DNA of 64,000 nucleotides from Candidatus Omnitrophota bacterium (GCA_049642065.1 JBAROK010000007.1:2134-66133); one strand, 5' to 3'. Numbered from the stretch's first letter, positions 24,001-26,693 are shown. Notes: generated by a model from the sequence alone, not told the origin. A program made the numbers and translations.

Positions 24001-26272
24001 TCCCAAGAAGGGTGCGAAAGCCATACCTGACTTCAAGAGGCGCAACGTATTAAGTGAACAGGGCTTGAATGTAACGGAAGATTTGCTCAGGGAAGCCGGA
24101 CCGGACATATACGAACATACTATGCGCATGCAAAAAATAGCTATACTAATTGCTCGTCGCTTGATCTCTAAGGGGACCAAGATAAGCGAAGAGTCTATAA
24201 GGCTTTTAAGCAGGGCAGCTTTGGCACATGATATAGGGGCAAGAGAAAAATACAATCCGGCTGTTAAGGATATACGTAAAAAGATCACCGCTGGCATACA
24301 TGAGCATCCCGATGACAGGGTAGAAATGACCCAGGTATCCCTAGATAAATGGGCAAGCACAAGAGCTCTCAAATATAAGAACGTGCCCAAAGCAGAGCTG
24401 ATAGAGACTTTAAGGATAGCCAAGGAAACGGGTAATTATTATTCTGTTTATCGCATGTATATAAAGTATGTAGCCTTAGGCAAAAAAGAGCGAGAATCTC
24501 TTACTATGGAAGAAGAAACGGTGACCAGGAACCTTTTCAACCATGGTGAAAGGTCCGTTGAAATATTGCGTGAAAACCTGATCGAAGTCCCGGCAGAATT
24601 CGAACTTCTTGTTAAATACCATCACGATTATAACGGTCTTGAAGATAGGCTCCGAGAGATGGCGAAAGAGGATAGGATCACGCCCGAGAAGAGCGAAGAG
24701 ATAAAGCTTCTTTCTACTATTCTGATAGTATCGGATGTATTCGAGCAGGGCAATAATTACATGCGTCTTGTGGAAATAGCCGGAAGGGACGAGGTCGAAA
24801 GTTTCGGGAAGACGTTCGACACTTTTAATGGTTTCATGTGGAAGAGATTCCATCAGACAGAGCATATAAGCGATACAAGGGCGATAGAGGCGCTTAAAGA
24901 TCTCGTGGTAAAGGATGTCCCGTTATCAGTTAGCGGCATGGGTTCAAGGCCAATTGTTGATAATGATCTGGCGGTTATAATAGCTGAAGCCAGAAAGGTT
25001 CAAGGAACGCAGAGGAACTGGCTTACTTCCGAAGACAGGGCTTTTCAGCTGCGGGAACTGGCCAGGCGCAATCAGCGGACTCATGCTCCGTTGACATTCG
25101 AAATAGCCGTAGGGTTACCTTCTAAACTGTATGACCGGCTTGATGAGGCTGCGCTAAATAAACTAAGAGATGTTCCGGGCATAGCCTCTATCGTAAAGGT
25201 AGAGTCATCAATGAGGGTAGAATCGATGATGGATGAACTTGCCCATAAGACCGAAGGTACCAGATGTATCAACGCGCTTATAAGCGAGGATGTGATAAGT
25301 GATACAACTGATATCTCTAAGGGAATTAAAGAGCTTGAGAAAGTGCTTTATGACTTTGTTAGTAAAGCAACCAAAGATATCCTGGCGCTTACTGATCCGG
25401 AAGTAACTGATCTGACTGAAGAAGGCGTAAAGGCAATAGATGATATCAATGAGCTTGAGGCTATTATGGGAGTTCTTATACGCGCATTACCGCATAACGA
25501 GTCCTATTTGCTAAGTGAAAAGAGCCTGAGGCAGATAAGGATAGAAAATGCGTACAGGGCATTTGTCGCTCAGCGCTCGGAAGAGACAAACCGTGTTGAA
25601 TACCTTGAAAAGATGGTTGAGAATACTGGTAAGCACTATCTGGCGCATTTCGCGGATGGACAGGCCATAATGGAGGGCAAAGGTCATATTGTGGTACCTC
25701 CGGGTCTTGAGATCCGCAAGAGACGTGAAATGCAGGGAGTGAACCGTATGATGGACGCTAATACGGACAAGTTCTTTATAGTAGCGCCGGAAAACGTCAA
25801 AACAGACGATGAGAAACAGCAGTTTAAGAGCAAGTTAATGGAAACATGGATGCTGGACGGTGTTGTATCGGAAGGAGATGTCATCATACTCGAGAGAAGA
25901 GGAATAGATAAGAATTACCGTGCCAGTGAGATCTATAAGATGGTACAGTCGGAATACAAGGATTCCACTAGCACAAATACGGGTATCAGGTGCATCAAAG
26001 GGCAGCTTGAATACGATAACGCAGCGGAAAAAGAGAACATTCTGCAGGTAGGTATGTCGCAAGATGCGGTAAGCACTGTGAACCAGTATGAGGTGTTCGT
26101 GAACCTACTGCTCACGCGTGAAGACGGCGATATGGGGTATACGATATCTGGATTACAGCAGCTGACCAAGGGGCTTTATATGTACCTGCCGTTTGCCAGG
26201 CCGATAAATCTGGAGAAAGAGATAAGGCATTATCATGACAGGTTCGTCAAAGAGGTACTCATAAAGGCCTAA
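2..26272 (+). CDS. Giant multidomain protein, 5'-partial. The frame is open from the window edge, so the ORF-track TTG at 65 is not a real start. At least 8,756 codons in the window; stop TAA at 26270-26272.
   Basis: 26.2 kb uninterrupted reading frame (frame 2) with no in-frame stop back to nt 2. Many recognisable enzyme motifs along its length (see the domain features). Followed by a strong intrinsic terminator at 26362-26390. Confidence 0.9.
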   Translation, partial: SDFDQKVRIIGEWLFPAINDELNKLGLENIEDVDEFGNQVVKERLFKERKEAETSGRFKRGEDGELALDDTYEEVKVVKEFSQMLMDLEAGRVTGIQPGYLMYIAELVEYLEGSRQLNFYRKGTIGNFRVDECTVPLKGENHTFYVLRFRDTGKVLFGVAVKGDKWIKVNGRDANVENKLGKIYELLKSEGYTLVAELADFKMATREELKSRLAELTALAKDEEVEKRFPIYQLGTKGIEGGFIQTQIASPGKVFGIISIDTPGKKDLQQEWSSKIYVPGKGYIAPDDTSKASKAAGAIADSGATNNHANITLRREGFASVIGMGSHQMVVEGNVIRIKCNVPSTEDVIRGNETRTIRHYKEGEVVLRDGDLVMIDASEDSSDGVVVAVGKTQSEEKDFSAEAKELFGVLRDIELGGPLQEGSQYSQLYKRTVGRITGAETKIRDMRLLNMRRILKDASSDKTVNLAKMVAEILIDTSMITDSDKARRTLETLLRSLDDNVRGEVEEFIKLLFGKKVYQIEKEIHAVLGEVGISNVKKNPSSTLLYSNTEHILLEIRDLNDKMALVAEMIPGVDYDPGKGLFAEEADIIRKRFNEALEYLRSKKLDELSAYHSEYRIAEIERILKAADINEEKWIELSDELETLRRTSRGWMLDKIERDLSKVRRDIIKAECLGCDLSSPEMLTLQMEVNRMVAVANIKTMRQKGPGRYVIDLSELGSIYRQVAGNKAAEVAEVMKISESADSYTYRTDSGLTEIRNILKDGFDQVPSGFVISSLAVYSVIQENSAIRPDIEALISGNVAPEEKIEKLTELLLAKGKIPEFLKEMIAEKYSSMAGESKEPIVITRSTSQMEDLLDETRPGVRKAGKYLSFECVKGIDQIKKNIFKHLAHFWVTEGDVNDLHPILVQEMLFDLHSSFVANSVDSAEKNWNVANIDAVLGLGRGVVEGGEGIAIHTFKADNEGRITGRIVPPHNRMWAPAPSGIGIKLVDVPAEMKAARALTEEQVAKIAKLARAFQKYYRFPVNIEGGVTKDGKIVIFQVRPDSTLKSNSYSMSGTGIHSPPVEKIIALRKQYLAAENPSAEELGKVDPAAISELIDTNINELYQARKSESEVRDLEYKLVERLVQFKGYHYDRAREVVMDLRLYHRRSDVVDKLDELFFEELKQILRERLFEEGEFNRDREKISYFVENFHNLQEIREGKDIPNGNLFKSKPEYRDAVITWEERIDRYAYRYFTNKVAWDTAKTNAEKVIFNNVLVRHLSEKAKGEMYAFIRYLVPRLYENIPPLKRLRRPTIVLIGGTTASGKSTSARSVAKNLGMPYYFSADPIREVQRKLIPKDTNLSPADKRSSFQEDPAEKGFIEHGSSVIRSLNECARWAVNENRSMVIEGVHLIPGLIDPKLFEEANVVQIIVTVADEKGHAARIEKRGKEESGRGGAGRYLKDFDKIRKANDLFDEQARSHGVVRVDNSSDFTRTISEVLFYAAGPYKDKAKQGPDERLRAMLDNKVTREKVRTSSSLGKYVKSVYTLGESDKLYIDASEIEPGVIDKSEIEALRNAIVQTTSSGALVIRDFDRLVAEGRSLLDFAASIGFDDVIIGQEALFARTAKEVEPILQGLTAYAAELNVKVLIENLPTTGNAEISIGLKDAYGKGVQDIDMEAIVLADENGEPAGMIEDGDAVFFACKRGEREIQITLPFVAEKIGQKFTDLVVKTYEKIKFGIMTLYHDMFDPLPVAFRPMRQKDPLVDVLSGAGKRFLLSAESEKINHITYFFKGQSREPMEGEEIFSVDSPPKDEHLDRPELSLPALTKGITERMETGNFDFVGINLANCDVIGHYYDPTDVEKNKEIIQIRREAAEAVDEHLGILLEAAKKQGYSVIVTADHGVGEVAVKKGKGVGKHTTNLVPFIVVDPDTTKASVISIAETGRLGDVAPTVLDLMKMQKPEEMTGQSLLVDYPENADPKKVMLIVMDGWGIGAESEDNPIHIANTPVLDSLYKEYLNTRIKASQEEVGLLAGDSGNSEAGHLNLGAGRIVLGDDIRIVNAVKGEPIEGDTTLDENAAILETIAHANEHGSNLHLIGLLSDASSHGRVAHVLELLKLAKRKREEFREEGKGDGFKEVFMHMITDGRSTESGTAPVLLLDMQKQMSRIGLGKIVDCVGRNLALDRAYNWGKTKKAYRLFAMGEGKQVGPVGIAEQLLRDIPELGVAYNWDNHTLSGDRPGFVGSLDVRERVGAIFVTDTTVKDEEKNIFGAFDGHGDIPFFVYRMPKAAKTPEKKKEEETILSAETAQAIIDKCQDKLKATRKSLEAIHAYQYQRVVKLAEDPTLHFDKARKNLNGLFAEIEKILNSPDLERRQRKEAIRALMEGFIGLFGWQTIQSVREHLERDDLPVDILDGVNTYEDLKNALNENAKVNIPDEKIVNYRSKITRRNIEMRELAIEYIELVEEQKRLYNEEREAIREAYVEITGEELVDEEKLHVAARKAYPEYVLDVPHLKDTDKPTFVNVAGVMGVNSADVAHAIAERSGIPSRMHSGMLRGVISGIWPEDFISATDNFNIGKDIKDAYVKAFNKEAKAALEVILTGEGNISRAEAEAILKKFAENWKQAILEPIYSDWVRLTNQGTKQAIKRLLKEKSSQVFVGVFPGLLDPAHHEDANIVSIIVKVEDINEHWDGFLVSAKARGVDNPSDCMAEFFANRILQDHLTDLGRDLILPEVRETAVVDSSNMESAVRNAVNRVIDPIADRYVEVPNEIKEKAELEEKVVLAKYTEAWVKYLKIPQISIAWLLGWAVLRSVSPEAAIAFSIASIFGVIFMVIASKDRLFLEKAVASAVLAVGVSTFVPGCSEAKKDPRPEPRPNAAAASDGDKPGNKESQEKPFEIKPGENIPARDRNKEKKPSEDTMKAVSGLIDNVLAHTDRDRTEDYRKNAKFLMIMTMMVESDQFASSVQYGGGPARGLAQFEPATAKYVRDQVNKLTENKRFKKALQVTFGEKWEEKIFGLSSEEIIRKMEEKLEEVKKELAEAEKKEDLERMFNRKDEMVDLEEALGRRGLRTFFMNWRFRILIIKALGADWGSVSAMNGYRIGQELARNDFFTVIMTRINYFRNRNPIPSRTDIGAVYRYYLATWRPGKPVSFERFKRLVKVVEESGVMKEAVIEKTAAKTSDIAADQREDAPARMEARRRPWIVVLFVLTALSALLFWITYKKMFESFLKSAKQGTVFKMDLFTDIFDRKDLLRKLVASGKEVTVGRIPGTHKYLFRMGDKKYTTTELGEEYAEYIPEGHVHPAEGTAEERANAFMPSDHDLLKSHGNWRYIVSELGITWYATDGAVIETAIEDYATFWHSACHRSLDSIKKMMDERFDVKIDFDQMDLSKTKTRTGRSLLFGKTALSEKPERPSGDVHPFSASEAYKGVVVAFAVSVVMAAMFASKLVFNGFAGFDTIATISAIVGIYSIFTTARYYLLGKATYYALLAEELSPRQAHVRAIATSDGWRHPAFHKLLSKEKEIIEIHESYKNHLMGMIMIMPGFLLVNFLLKRGVTEIADRDENRDKVVEQRDFSNLSVYLNNLRSENEQLISPVPVIREVVEAGSSQVKQLEVGRSAELELKKSRQGQAAREEPSPSQKKIVRNWRFSVEPKGILYGQVEVEVLDKVSQDVVSKVYFQDALEMMKNLAGERLLWTNPTSADKSKNLHFHLYREKTPLPVENHELEPLCEDKDGEGVIYTVKDYPDEDHPIAAFVVKGTLSQINLMSARCYDIEKILRANGQTADKLFVEGEDGEIKVYFYPRRAGYAKIFDSDKARRLIGPVSLSGLWSFANQKDYSRFTKEDLYGVLSKVAVLYKSRNFQRISDAIVRNFREAEGAGILPPSVSFRLFSDSPFAEERKEPENLDERILRRKKVLDALYEDGVRRVNFTFTIPTAGMESEDEWIILQQALEHAKWKGMTSVLSIRNIVHRISVIEKQWARVEQYILPWVDKISLNAQVQNENLDKALRIFGQNCSNKSIEIYTCVNDRNKDKIESLARFMREYIGSFNTVEWEISRENMVRGNDAISEDDYVQLTSKLREAHPGLPIDYAVLTREETNLHVYNDGKLAIKDEGALKNVGDLFIPDTLKDKSNQSVFRRITENISVQSTYIPRKDEVTALPSTYVASTREEFTKAINKMQAKTLLPHIEWETEVAGAIGYVIGMTDKEIEILALAIQAHHLGHIPRAKNKKEFEKMLAVLKKAYPPDHDLKGGEVWHIRDAINRLFAAEGGEGKTEPQRFDIFRAEMASLLGKKDLTSDQKAIARSMLDSKAYMQEVLKENKMKLPADLRILTEYYGRHDRYTEARSREEDRFRMELSIDPDRMAKLIAISRIASTFVNRIDESVRSLRGEAGDSMPEIISFIVDNLKRDGETGDNILEALDGLIALIREQDSTILSIANRARGGDEGLMIAKSDRSFLRFLQKGVGKVRNKRQNMRIIESFRRYEKGIVAEDYYRWAIAAGIVSGFLGLISLFTGSMWVIGVTCYSLWALGRYYSIGRDIERGTGAVQLDKELAKKTPVVKIRPDGLLERDEKICKSLPPFTNRMLKIHEIFGMRISAMIFTLPIVGRIITNTYVEMKRLNMWMDFTIRKNRPLVTYDAFNPSRVRGRRDQMDFENGSWKWRRGDGLALIADIGDDLRRRIEEVQEALKKVVPDAEKLFLMEPERLHITVATLTKNTTSVDTNPERRAKRESLIRETKSRVSALGSGGIEVSFSLNDLTIWDNGDIAILGRMENRGLDEIRTSLDEFNLSVHKKDIVHVTVGRIFDEDISVDTFNEIRDVLEKFRNGKTEGDKKKFFTMTPELFIWDQAGKTDDKKYIHIPRTKKSGRDSKRLSKLGEPKRRDLSGVASKETNPLIERLIKEGKIVELFEQNGQLDAYRVKWVEGYQPGRVQEEVFGEEVDVDEMFTRSQQDNMLRWMRLHGLPDSRGGVHFRIALDNAALGWTGDEEHSNISHAGYRDGCIYIGERLLASIFTDPDDPLRKLILDEDEYNHLRDRDFDCRADKSRYEARLKSVFSRVESILREPPRKYDLYLCTSDEKAVSVYDGEDRDNPQSIHWGNFMPRDPIYVVGNMKPVKVSAGLYIANDFNISSSNIKMKVWMGPADNVNRWSEIRLERVYTNELEKGTEYLFAGMLPSYFKGDFTFKYSLDGGKTWKWANRGENDNRRIERKRTDTIIHEPMGYRVDEKIVTPDYKKHRTIRLYQGNEDLSDIVDAASSADEFFWGKGIHDSDNGHSYYRTNFGALEFRSSAEAKIIHMGDILSSENEYEGQLLIYYDDIQNAIVMRVNSNPGEALEHDAVSDPQERKWNRAVITIPLDHEGRAKRVEHEQTVMGISRAGLSILLRHAGINRKFPKLFRLIQQELVLYHVDDYMFLKHMYGNGMTPVEALNTVMDHPQSVSPEQISYIENMVKYTKSRVLGHLALRCLGKLVDEGMYDRDEYLKYARYTSEKDVLEGMATAERVIRQDDSFLKQMGINPEKVKSIFMRWFINGPNKTIYRVTCNMSNGEERVFAIEVKSPLGSAQGYSMLQIENAMRIWKKKSDKGYDYVPHVFVVKRVDDYRPKILTAPIKGLNIDREGEFHIESLDIESSRVVYDDILVVAREFVEGYQLPDYLAYGTVSAEETRRATVAGLKAFLKLWKDGQDPATGRGPFPMRPAPRDVIVYKIGETYHGVVAEMDSLREGFAIREVIRALQSCGYDKKDVISAAREVLAENERAIITENYGKYKSERVTEMFFAADKGSELHAVQTKGMDDEDAHRIAVKIANTAYELDEDKKRASFTKIRGALRYLSEKVNRNTNIPDDLRKKLSWKIDIFLRQNFWQNVKYYPVRAGRADVFEMLEGFVTDGTVYLVEGFIDDRDLSREENIAGVILYQILSELCSEERMEQLPSKPDYWDSVKGPEGVQNLILGDREEFERKIAKYARKEHIRIAMEDKVLGRNLVTYQGLKNLPEARKNAEEFLETICRIMETEKPEIKGDEDLAEYLRKRFGVRKFVIGGGKGTRFSPEGIMVKQLFKPDNYNTNIKQSRISSAFGMLEDVIVVDAITIFNLLHQDKELLAEHKTTMFFNVRENLVNLMDSGYINREQCKELVGKIKNIIDNELVYTHRSDHLRDLGSAMESAARAVEDVLGKKNERAQFVTDKISYAVFKVIMAIGEELIDENKKDELFGKNCIVILDSGDGHGSAYVEALRALNYSGKLDQARYSVIVHADSPGWGLDEYPNYVFISYLKTVNTVSPQVQDMPKVTIAAKNPRDKRAQGRARIDTITVENVGEVPVGVREWNELSYQEKKESREKAKAQDPTWFTNANILICDTMWAYDKKDVLESEYRHELGRMGKMKRRPAEYWSSDYLNIAAREYLQLIKKDPETAPLTRLVFIGQDAPNANKTLGRALEYRDALQKMILRKIRRMGVEVDKDTTVAISSTDVGPNFDLDKIIEDIFGDNLEGPAKFGNTKLRGAIHLDATVVVQKGAILDGRKKDVSLTGNCVVERGVELHGVVRADYLFDKNELLPTNKFYITGRQFRDSTTEATVVDNVDFRELGLIVDDRTRIWIAKKDKGESDLSVLKKIFGSDHPDSGRVTDQIFVYGDVVLDSTVRVENGTMLDGRVDEVILVGDTHVHKGVNLKSVKANDTTFAGWSDLDIYHYRQPTHDGNVGIRNSEFDNSYIEIRAEVINSMIRNSYVANGAMVEESDVADEVVVNGEEVRDRRLNRKDDALSVSVTAEEDGKVNYMPGAFRLEELPNEDIEDILGYQIKSARKLYMKFISDPILLERMVQETEQFIRSSVTPRFTIQQIRQYLIAKIRDNCDKEPDVSKFRPLVEDLRAHAKLWMANAIEIDINDEAASKAFFKELSILATRANFIDFSIDPKMFDIDQLVETDEAQRKKFTDLVDEFADSDLAIDGYSEFEKMVFSPEKGVFLFFTDNIGETEIDAVMWEFLARMGHTVVIAAKDGFSYADIDVKGVEETVNAHPSLCKHRDEGRIKVIASGSMSEGVFPHKFSDEVQDVLLYGTKLKGIIAKGQANLFTLSARNKISVPVVVMCLSKSRTSKKITGIDIKENEDGSKLFPPMIAVVPAGENIANCIGRGVFGGKLTRFGKKDEGDSSTGDTHAFTARDGMRWAKRFLTGAALFTVVSAIAAIGFVLHLDHLPWGFVIIFAGVDVVLAMISLEYYLLGKEAYKATVKYIFEGRDSRDMLEEDAVSQKQAMDTKIAEHQANNIIKYHPAFRYLSEHAQEAVKIHESFASHKLGMLAMVPVLGRILWLKLRDVHDRDMLIHSDYSNIEQVLRTQLERNVDTEFLKEAYRKGAKEEPIEGSRILKVTDRSGDPDIKRQQGFLRYERTVNKRCTFCNIPDLSTEVHRSKTAEWAFSVEPSPVFSSQMIAINSRHIDQGTMGPEVYYDMFQMLKNLKGWQMSWPGRLSTSHPDHFHVHMFERDKNSPVEEYDMQPICRDRKGEGVVHLIKDYPDRDHAIAAFAIAGSIRNAAVFAKRCADLEAIIKSAGYEVDKFITKGANGAIKVLFYPRTASYMKIGPSGRGRLTGPIELSGIWVTQDEKERDAFSLRDVHDILSKTTLRLYSDSFQALEDQIKRHFYEAEGIGLLPSSMDLMVTNKCNLNCPVCWGSYMPKHRIFAPDNADIEWVDFKEKKIKYRGTGQERVEKFEDNQKTAHELEVIRSKLSMYYCTEPESPEIEHIRFFSLAGDGKKVEKVTVRFTEGKTDSMALGSDEYNDAVLMVQKKMIDVMHKNGMRRMVFTGGEPLLEDNLAELLKYAKEKNITTWLFTNGLLMDEEKADQIMPYVDMISLSLDGHDDATNSRNRKPGHFVAVLKVLRILSRKYPEKEVQILTVVTERNKAYIRKIGFLLRQVTKGLKSFQWKLNYYKRIGRSQHERDIKNDVFLMEYGKFVSLAKSVQKEFTDIKVRYSPPDHDKAYLFVFPDGTLSTTVGPEYLELGNILDADTLREEDNLKIFKTITDNIRKRAIYIPKKGAKAIPDFKRRNVLSEQGLNVTEDLLREAGPDIYEHTMRMQKIAILIARRLISKGTKISEESIRLLSRAALAHDIGAREKYNPAVKDIRKKITAGIHEHPDDRVEMTQVSLDKWASTRALKYKNVPKAELIETLRIAKETGNYYSVYRMYIKYVALGKKERESLTMEEETVTRNLFNHGERSVEILRENLIEVPAEFELLVKYHHDYNGLEDRLREMAKEDRITPEKSEEIKLLSTILIVSDVFEQGNNYMRLVEIAGRDEVESFGKTFDTFNGFMWKRFHQTEHISDTRAIEALKDLVVKDVPLSVSGMGSRPIVDNDLAVIIAEARKVQGTQRNWLTSEDRAFQLRELARRNQRTHAPLTFEIAVGLPSKLYDRLDEAALNKLRDVPGIASIVKVESSMRVESMMDELAHKTEGTRCINALISEDVISDTTDISKGIKELEKVLYDFVSKATKDILALTDPEVTDLTEEGVKAIDDINELEAIMGVLIRALPHNESYLLSEKSLRQIRIENAYRAFVAQRSEETNRVEYLEKMVENTGKHYLAHFADGQAIMEGKGHIVVPPGLEIRKRREMQGVNRMMDANTDKFFIVAPENVKTDDEKQQFKSKLMETWMLDGVVSEGDVIILERRGIDKNYRASEIYKMVQSEYKDSTSTNTGIRCIKGQLEYDNAAEKENILQVGMSQDAVSTVNQYEVFVNLLLTREDGDMGYTISGLQQLTKGLYMYLPFARPINLEKEIRHYHDRFVKEVLIKA
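880..1180 (+). other. PEP-utilising enzyme mobile (phospho-His) domain-like region within gene 1.
   Basis: AIADSGATNNHANITLRREGFASVIGMG...GDLVMIDASEDSSDGVVVAVGK resembles the GG.TSHAAI.ARE.G.P.VVG...DG..G.V pattern of PEP synthase / PPDK / rifampin-phosphotransferase His domains. Confidence 0.4.
2100..3130 (+). other. PEP synthase/PPDK N-terminal (ATP-grasp-like nucleotide-binding) domain-like region.
   Basis: VAGNKAAEVAEVMKI...FDQVPSGFVISSLAVY matches GGKgAnLgE...vPpGFviT. The C-terminal PVNIEGGVTKDGKIVIFQVRPDS matches the DIEWa.ddgklyiLQsRPvT end of PPDK_N. Confidence 0.45.
3865..4440 (+). other. 2-phosphoglycerate-kinase-like P-loop kinase domain.
   Basis: Walker A IVLIGGTTASGKSTSARSVA, then FSADPIREVQRK and MVIEGVHLIPGLIDP. 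This parallels the GG.SGvGKST / tD.iRevmR / iiEGvHlvP pattern of 2PGK-type kinases. Confidence 0.5.
4850..6800 (+). other. Cofactor-independent phosphoglycerate mutase (iPGM/GpmI)-like domain, circularly permuted: the C-terminal ~260 residues come first, then residues 1-~300.
   Basis: Segment 1: KRFLLSAESEKINHITYFFKG...GINLANCDVIGHYYD...VTADHGV...NLVPFIVV...GDVAPTVLDLM..PEEMTGQSLL, corresponding to iPGM residues ~325-510. Segment 2: MLIVMDGWGIG...NTPVLDSL...GDSGNSEAGHLNLGAGRIV...LHLIGLLSDASSHGRVAHV...ITDGRST...VGRNLALDRAYNW, corresponding to iPGM residues ~5-235. The residue ~250-300 region (DGDAVFFACKRGERE and GAIFVTDTTVKDEE) occurs in both segments. Confidence 0.7.
7484..8060 (+). other. 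Second, degenerate copy of the 2PGK-like kinase domain (Walker A lysine/serine lost).
   Basis: FVNVAGVMGVNSADVAHAIAERSGIP aligns with IVLIGGTTASGKSTSARSVAKNLGMP (GKST -> VNSA). VFPGLLDPAHHEDANIVSIIVKVEDINEH aligns with VHLIPGLIDPKLFEEANVVQIIVTVADEKGH. Confidence 0.5.
8330..8520 (+). other. Two or three transmembrane helices within gene 1.
   Basis: IAWLLGWAVL..., AIAFSIASIFGVIFMVIAS and AVASAVLAVGVSTFVPG are hydrophobic stretches. They are followed by the Pro/Lys-rich linker KKDPRPEPRPNAAAASDGDKPGNK. Confidence 0.5.
8690..9400 (+). other. Lytic transglycosylase (SLT/lysozyme-like) domain.
   Basis: LMIMTMMVESDQFASSVQYGGGPARGLAQFEPATAKYV fits the SLT signature E-S-x-F...S.aGA.GLMQ..P.TA with a catalytic Glu. 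Downstream GYRIGQELARNDFFTVIMTRINYF and AVYRYY are consistent with SLT family C-terminal motifs. Confidence 0.55.
10200..12990 (+). repeat. Paralogous module A of gene 1 (TM/YYLLGK segment, then HIT/GalT-like, radical-SAM-like and HD-like domains). This is the catalytically degenerate copy.
   Basis: Aligns along its length with module B (21430-24680): TTARYYLLGKATYY / SLEYYLLGKEAYKA; RHPAFHKLL..IEIHESYKNHLMGM / YHPAFRYL..VKIHESFASHKLGM; GEGVIYTVKDYPDEDHPIAAFVVKG / GEGVVHLIKDYPDRDHAIAAFAIAG; VDKISLNAQ / VDMISLSLDG. Module A lacks the Cys pair, has LHFHLY instead of HFHVHMF, lacks CxxxCxxC and GGEPLL, and has AHHLGH instead of AHDIG. Confidence 0.6.
13900..14400 (+). other. 2H phosphoesterase (LigT / cyclic phosphodiesterase)-like domain.
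   Basis: Two H-x-T-x motifs ~95 residues apart: ERLHITVATL (14054-14075) and IVHVTVGRIF (14326-14346). Each is preceded by hydrophobic strands, which is the hallmark of the 2H family. Confidence 0.35.
15300..15560 (+). other. Possible carbohydrate-binding (CBM20/21-like beta-sandwich) module.
   Basis: MKVWMGPADNV...YLFAGMLPSYFKGDFTFKYSLDGGKTWKWANRGEN resembles the W...FKY..DG..W.W..G.N pattern of starch-binding CBMs. This is a weak call. Confidence 0.2.
18020..18700 (+). other. Sugar-1-phosphate nucleotidyltransferase (NTP_transferase) domain.
   Basis: FVIGGGKGTRFSPEGIMVKQLFKP matches the GGxGTRLxPlT..PK.L signature of glucose/mannose-1-phosphate nucleotidyltransferases. Confidence 0.45.
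19380..20230 (+). other. Left-handed beta-helix (hexapeptide-repeat) region following the nucleotidyltransferase domain.
   Basis: Runs of [LIV]-G-x-x-x-x hexads: GNTKLRGAIHLDATVVVQKGAILDG, LTGNCVVERGVELHGVV, GDVVLDSTVRVENGTMLDGRVDEVILVGDTHVHKGVNL. Confidence 0.4.
20700..21200 (+). other. DUF89 (ARMT1/damage-control sugar-phosphate phosphatase)-like domain.
   Basis: VFLFFTDNIGETEIDAVMWEFLARMGHTVVIAAKDG and later IIAKGQANLFTLSAR resemble the DNxGE...D and KGxxNyE.L signatures of DUF89 proteins. Confidence 0.3.
22020..22700 (+). other. HIT-superfamily (GalT / Ap4A-phosphorylase-like) nucleotidyltransferase/phosphorylase-like domain.
   Basis: Cys-x-x-Cys (RCTFCN at ~22088-22110) upstream of the histidine triad HPDHFHVHMF (22322-22351). 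This is the arrangement seen in the GalT branch of HIT proteins. Confidence 0.4.
22870..23650 (+). other. Radical SAM domain (SPASM/MoaA-like core) with an unusually long insert between the Cys triad and the Gly-rich SAM motif.
   Basis: TNKCNLNCPVCW (CxxxCxxC; 22888-22914); ~130 aa later VFTGGEPLL (23315-23332); then YVDMISLSLDGHDD. Confidence 0.55.
24100..24760 (+). other. HD-domain phosphohydrolase-like domain.
   Basis: EHTMRMQKIAILIARRL...RAALAHDIGAR (H...HD) and downstream LLVKYHHDYNG, as expected for the HD superfamily. Confidence 0.45.
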
Positions 26273-26361
26273 TTCGCAGGTCCCGTGGGCTGCATGATTT
26301 GCGGCTCACGAAACCTGCGGGTTATGGTTAAAGTTCTACTTGGAGGTAGGACCAGGGATAG

Positions 26362-26390
26362 CAGGGAAGCAGCAGCTTCCCTGTTATTTT
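26362..26390 (+). terminator. Rho-independent terminator of gene 1.
   Basis: Perfect 9-bp GC-rich stem CAGGGAAGC (26362-70) / GCTTCCCTG (26375-83), loop AGCA, followed by TTATTTT (26384-90). Lies ~90 nt after the TAA. Confidence 0.7.
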
Positions 26391-26432
26391 GCCCCATAAG
26401 TTAGGGTAGAAAATAGTTAGAATATAGGTTAT

Positions 26433-26460
26433 TGACATGGACGTGGGAAAGTGTTATACT
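26433..26460 (+). promoter_or_regulatory. Sigma70-type promoter P1 upstream of gene 2.
   Basis: TTGACA (26433-38), 16-nt spacer, TATACT (26455-60) with an extended -10 TG at 26452-53. Confidence 0.55.
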
Positions 26461-26610
26461 GTATCTACGGTTGAGGAATTAAAAAGCTAGGATTGGTTGG
26501 TTTTAAATGGTTGGGTTAAGAATTTGACGATGTGAGGGAGAGGTAGTAAAGGTTGGGGAAAGCAACAAAGTGAAGAAATACACTACTGGTTAAGGGTTAA
26601 AAAAGGTAGA

Positions 26611-26640
26611 ACATTCTAGTTGATAAACATGCTAGAATGT
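26611..26640 (+). promoter_or_regulatory. Candidate operator: perfect 9-bp inverted repeat overlapping promoter P2.
   Basis: ACATTCTAG (26611-19) and CTAGAATGT (26632-40) are exact reverse complements with a 12-bp spacer. The repeat spans the -35 of P2. Confidence 0.4.
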
Positions 26641-26648
26641 GGTATCAT
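26620..26648 (+). promoter_or_regulatory. Sigma70-type promoter P2 upstream of gene 2.
   Basis: TTGATA (26620-25), 17-nt spacer, TATCAT (26643-48). Overlapped by a 9-bp inverted repeat. Confidence 0.4.
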
Positions 26649-26693
26649 TTAACTATTAGACGATAAAAAAGCCAGAAGGGTATATAAATAGCG

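Larger units (their letters stand above)
21430..24680 (+). repeat. Paralogous module B of gene 1 (TM/YYLLGK, HIT/GalT-like, radical SAM, HD). This is the catalytically intact copy.
   Basis: See module A for the alignment. Motifs are intact here: RCTFCNIP Cys pair, HPDHFHVHMF, CNLNCPVCW, VFTGGEPLL, ISLSLDG, EHTMRM...AALAHDIG...KYHHDYNG. Confidence 0.6.

Noticed and set aside
26281-26322. Hairpin CGCAGGT...ACCTGCG immediately after the gene 1 stop, as a possible terminator.
   Set aside because: It has a 7-bp stem with a 31-nt loop and no following U-tract. The downstream 9-bp-stem/TTATTTT element at 26362-26390 is a much better terminator, so this is more likely incidental or a minor RNA-stability hairpin.
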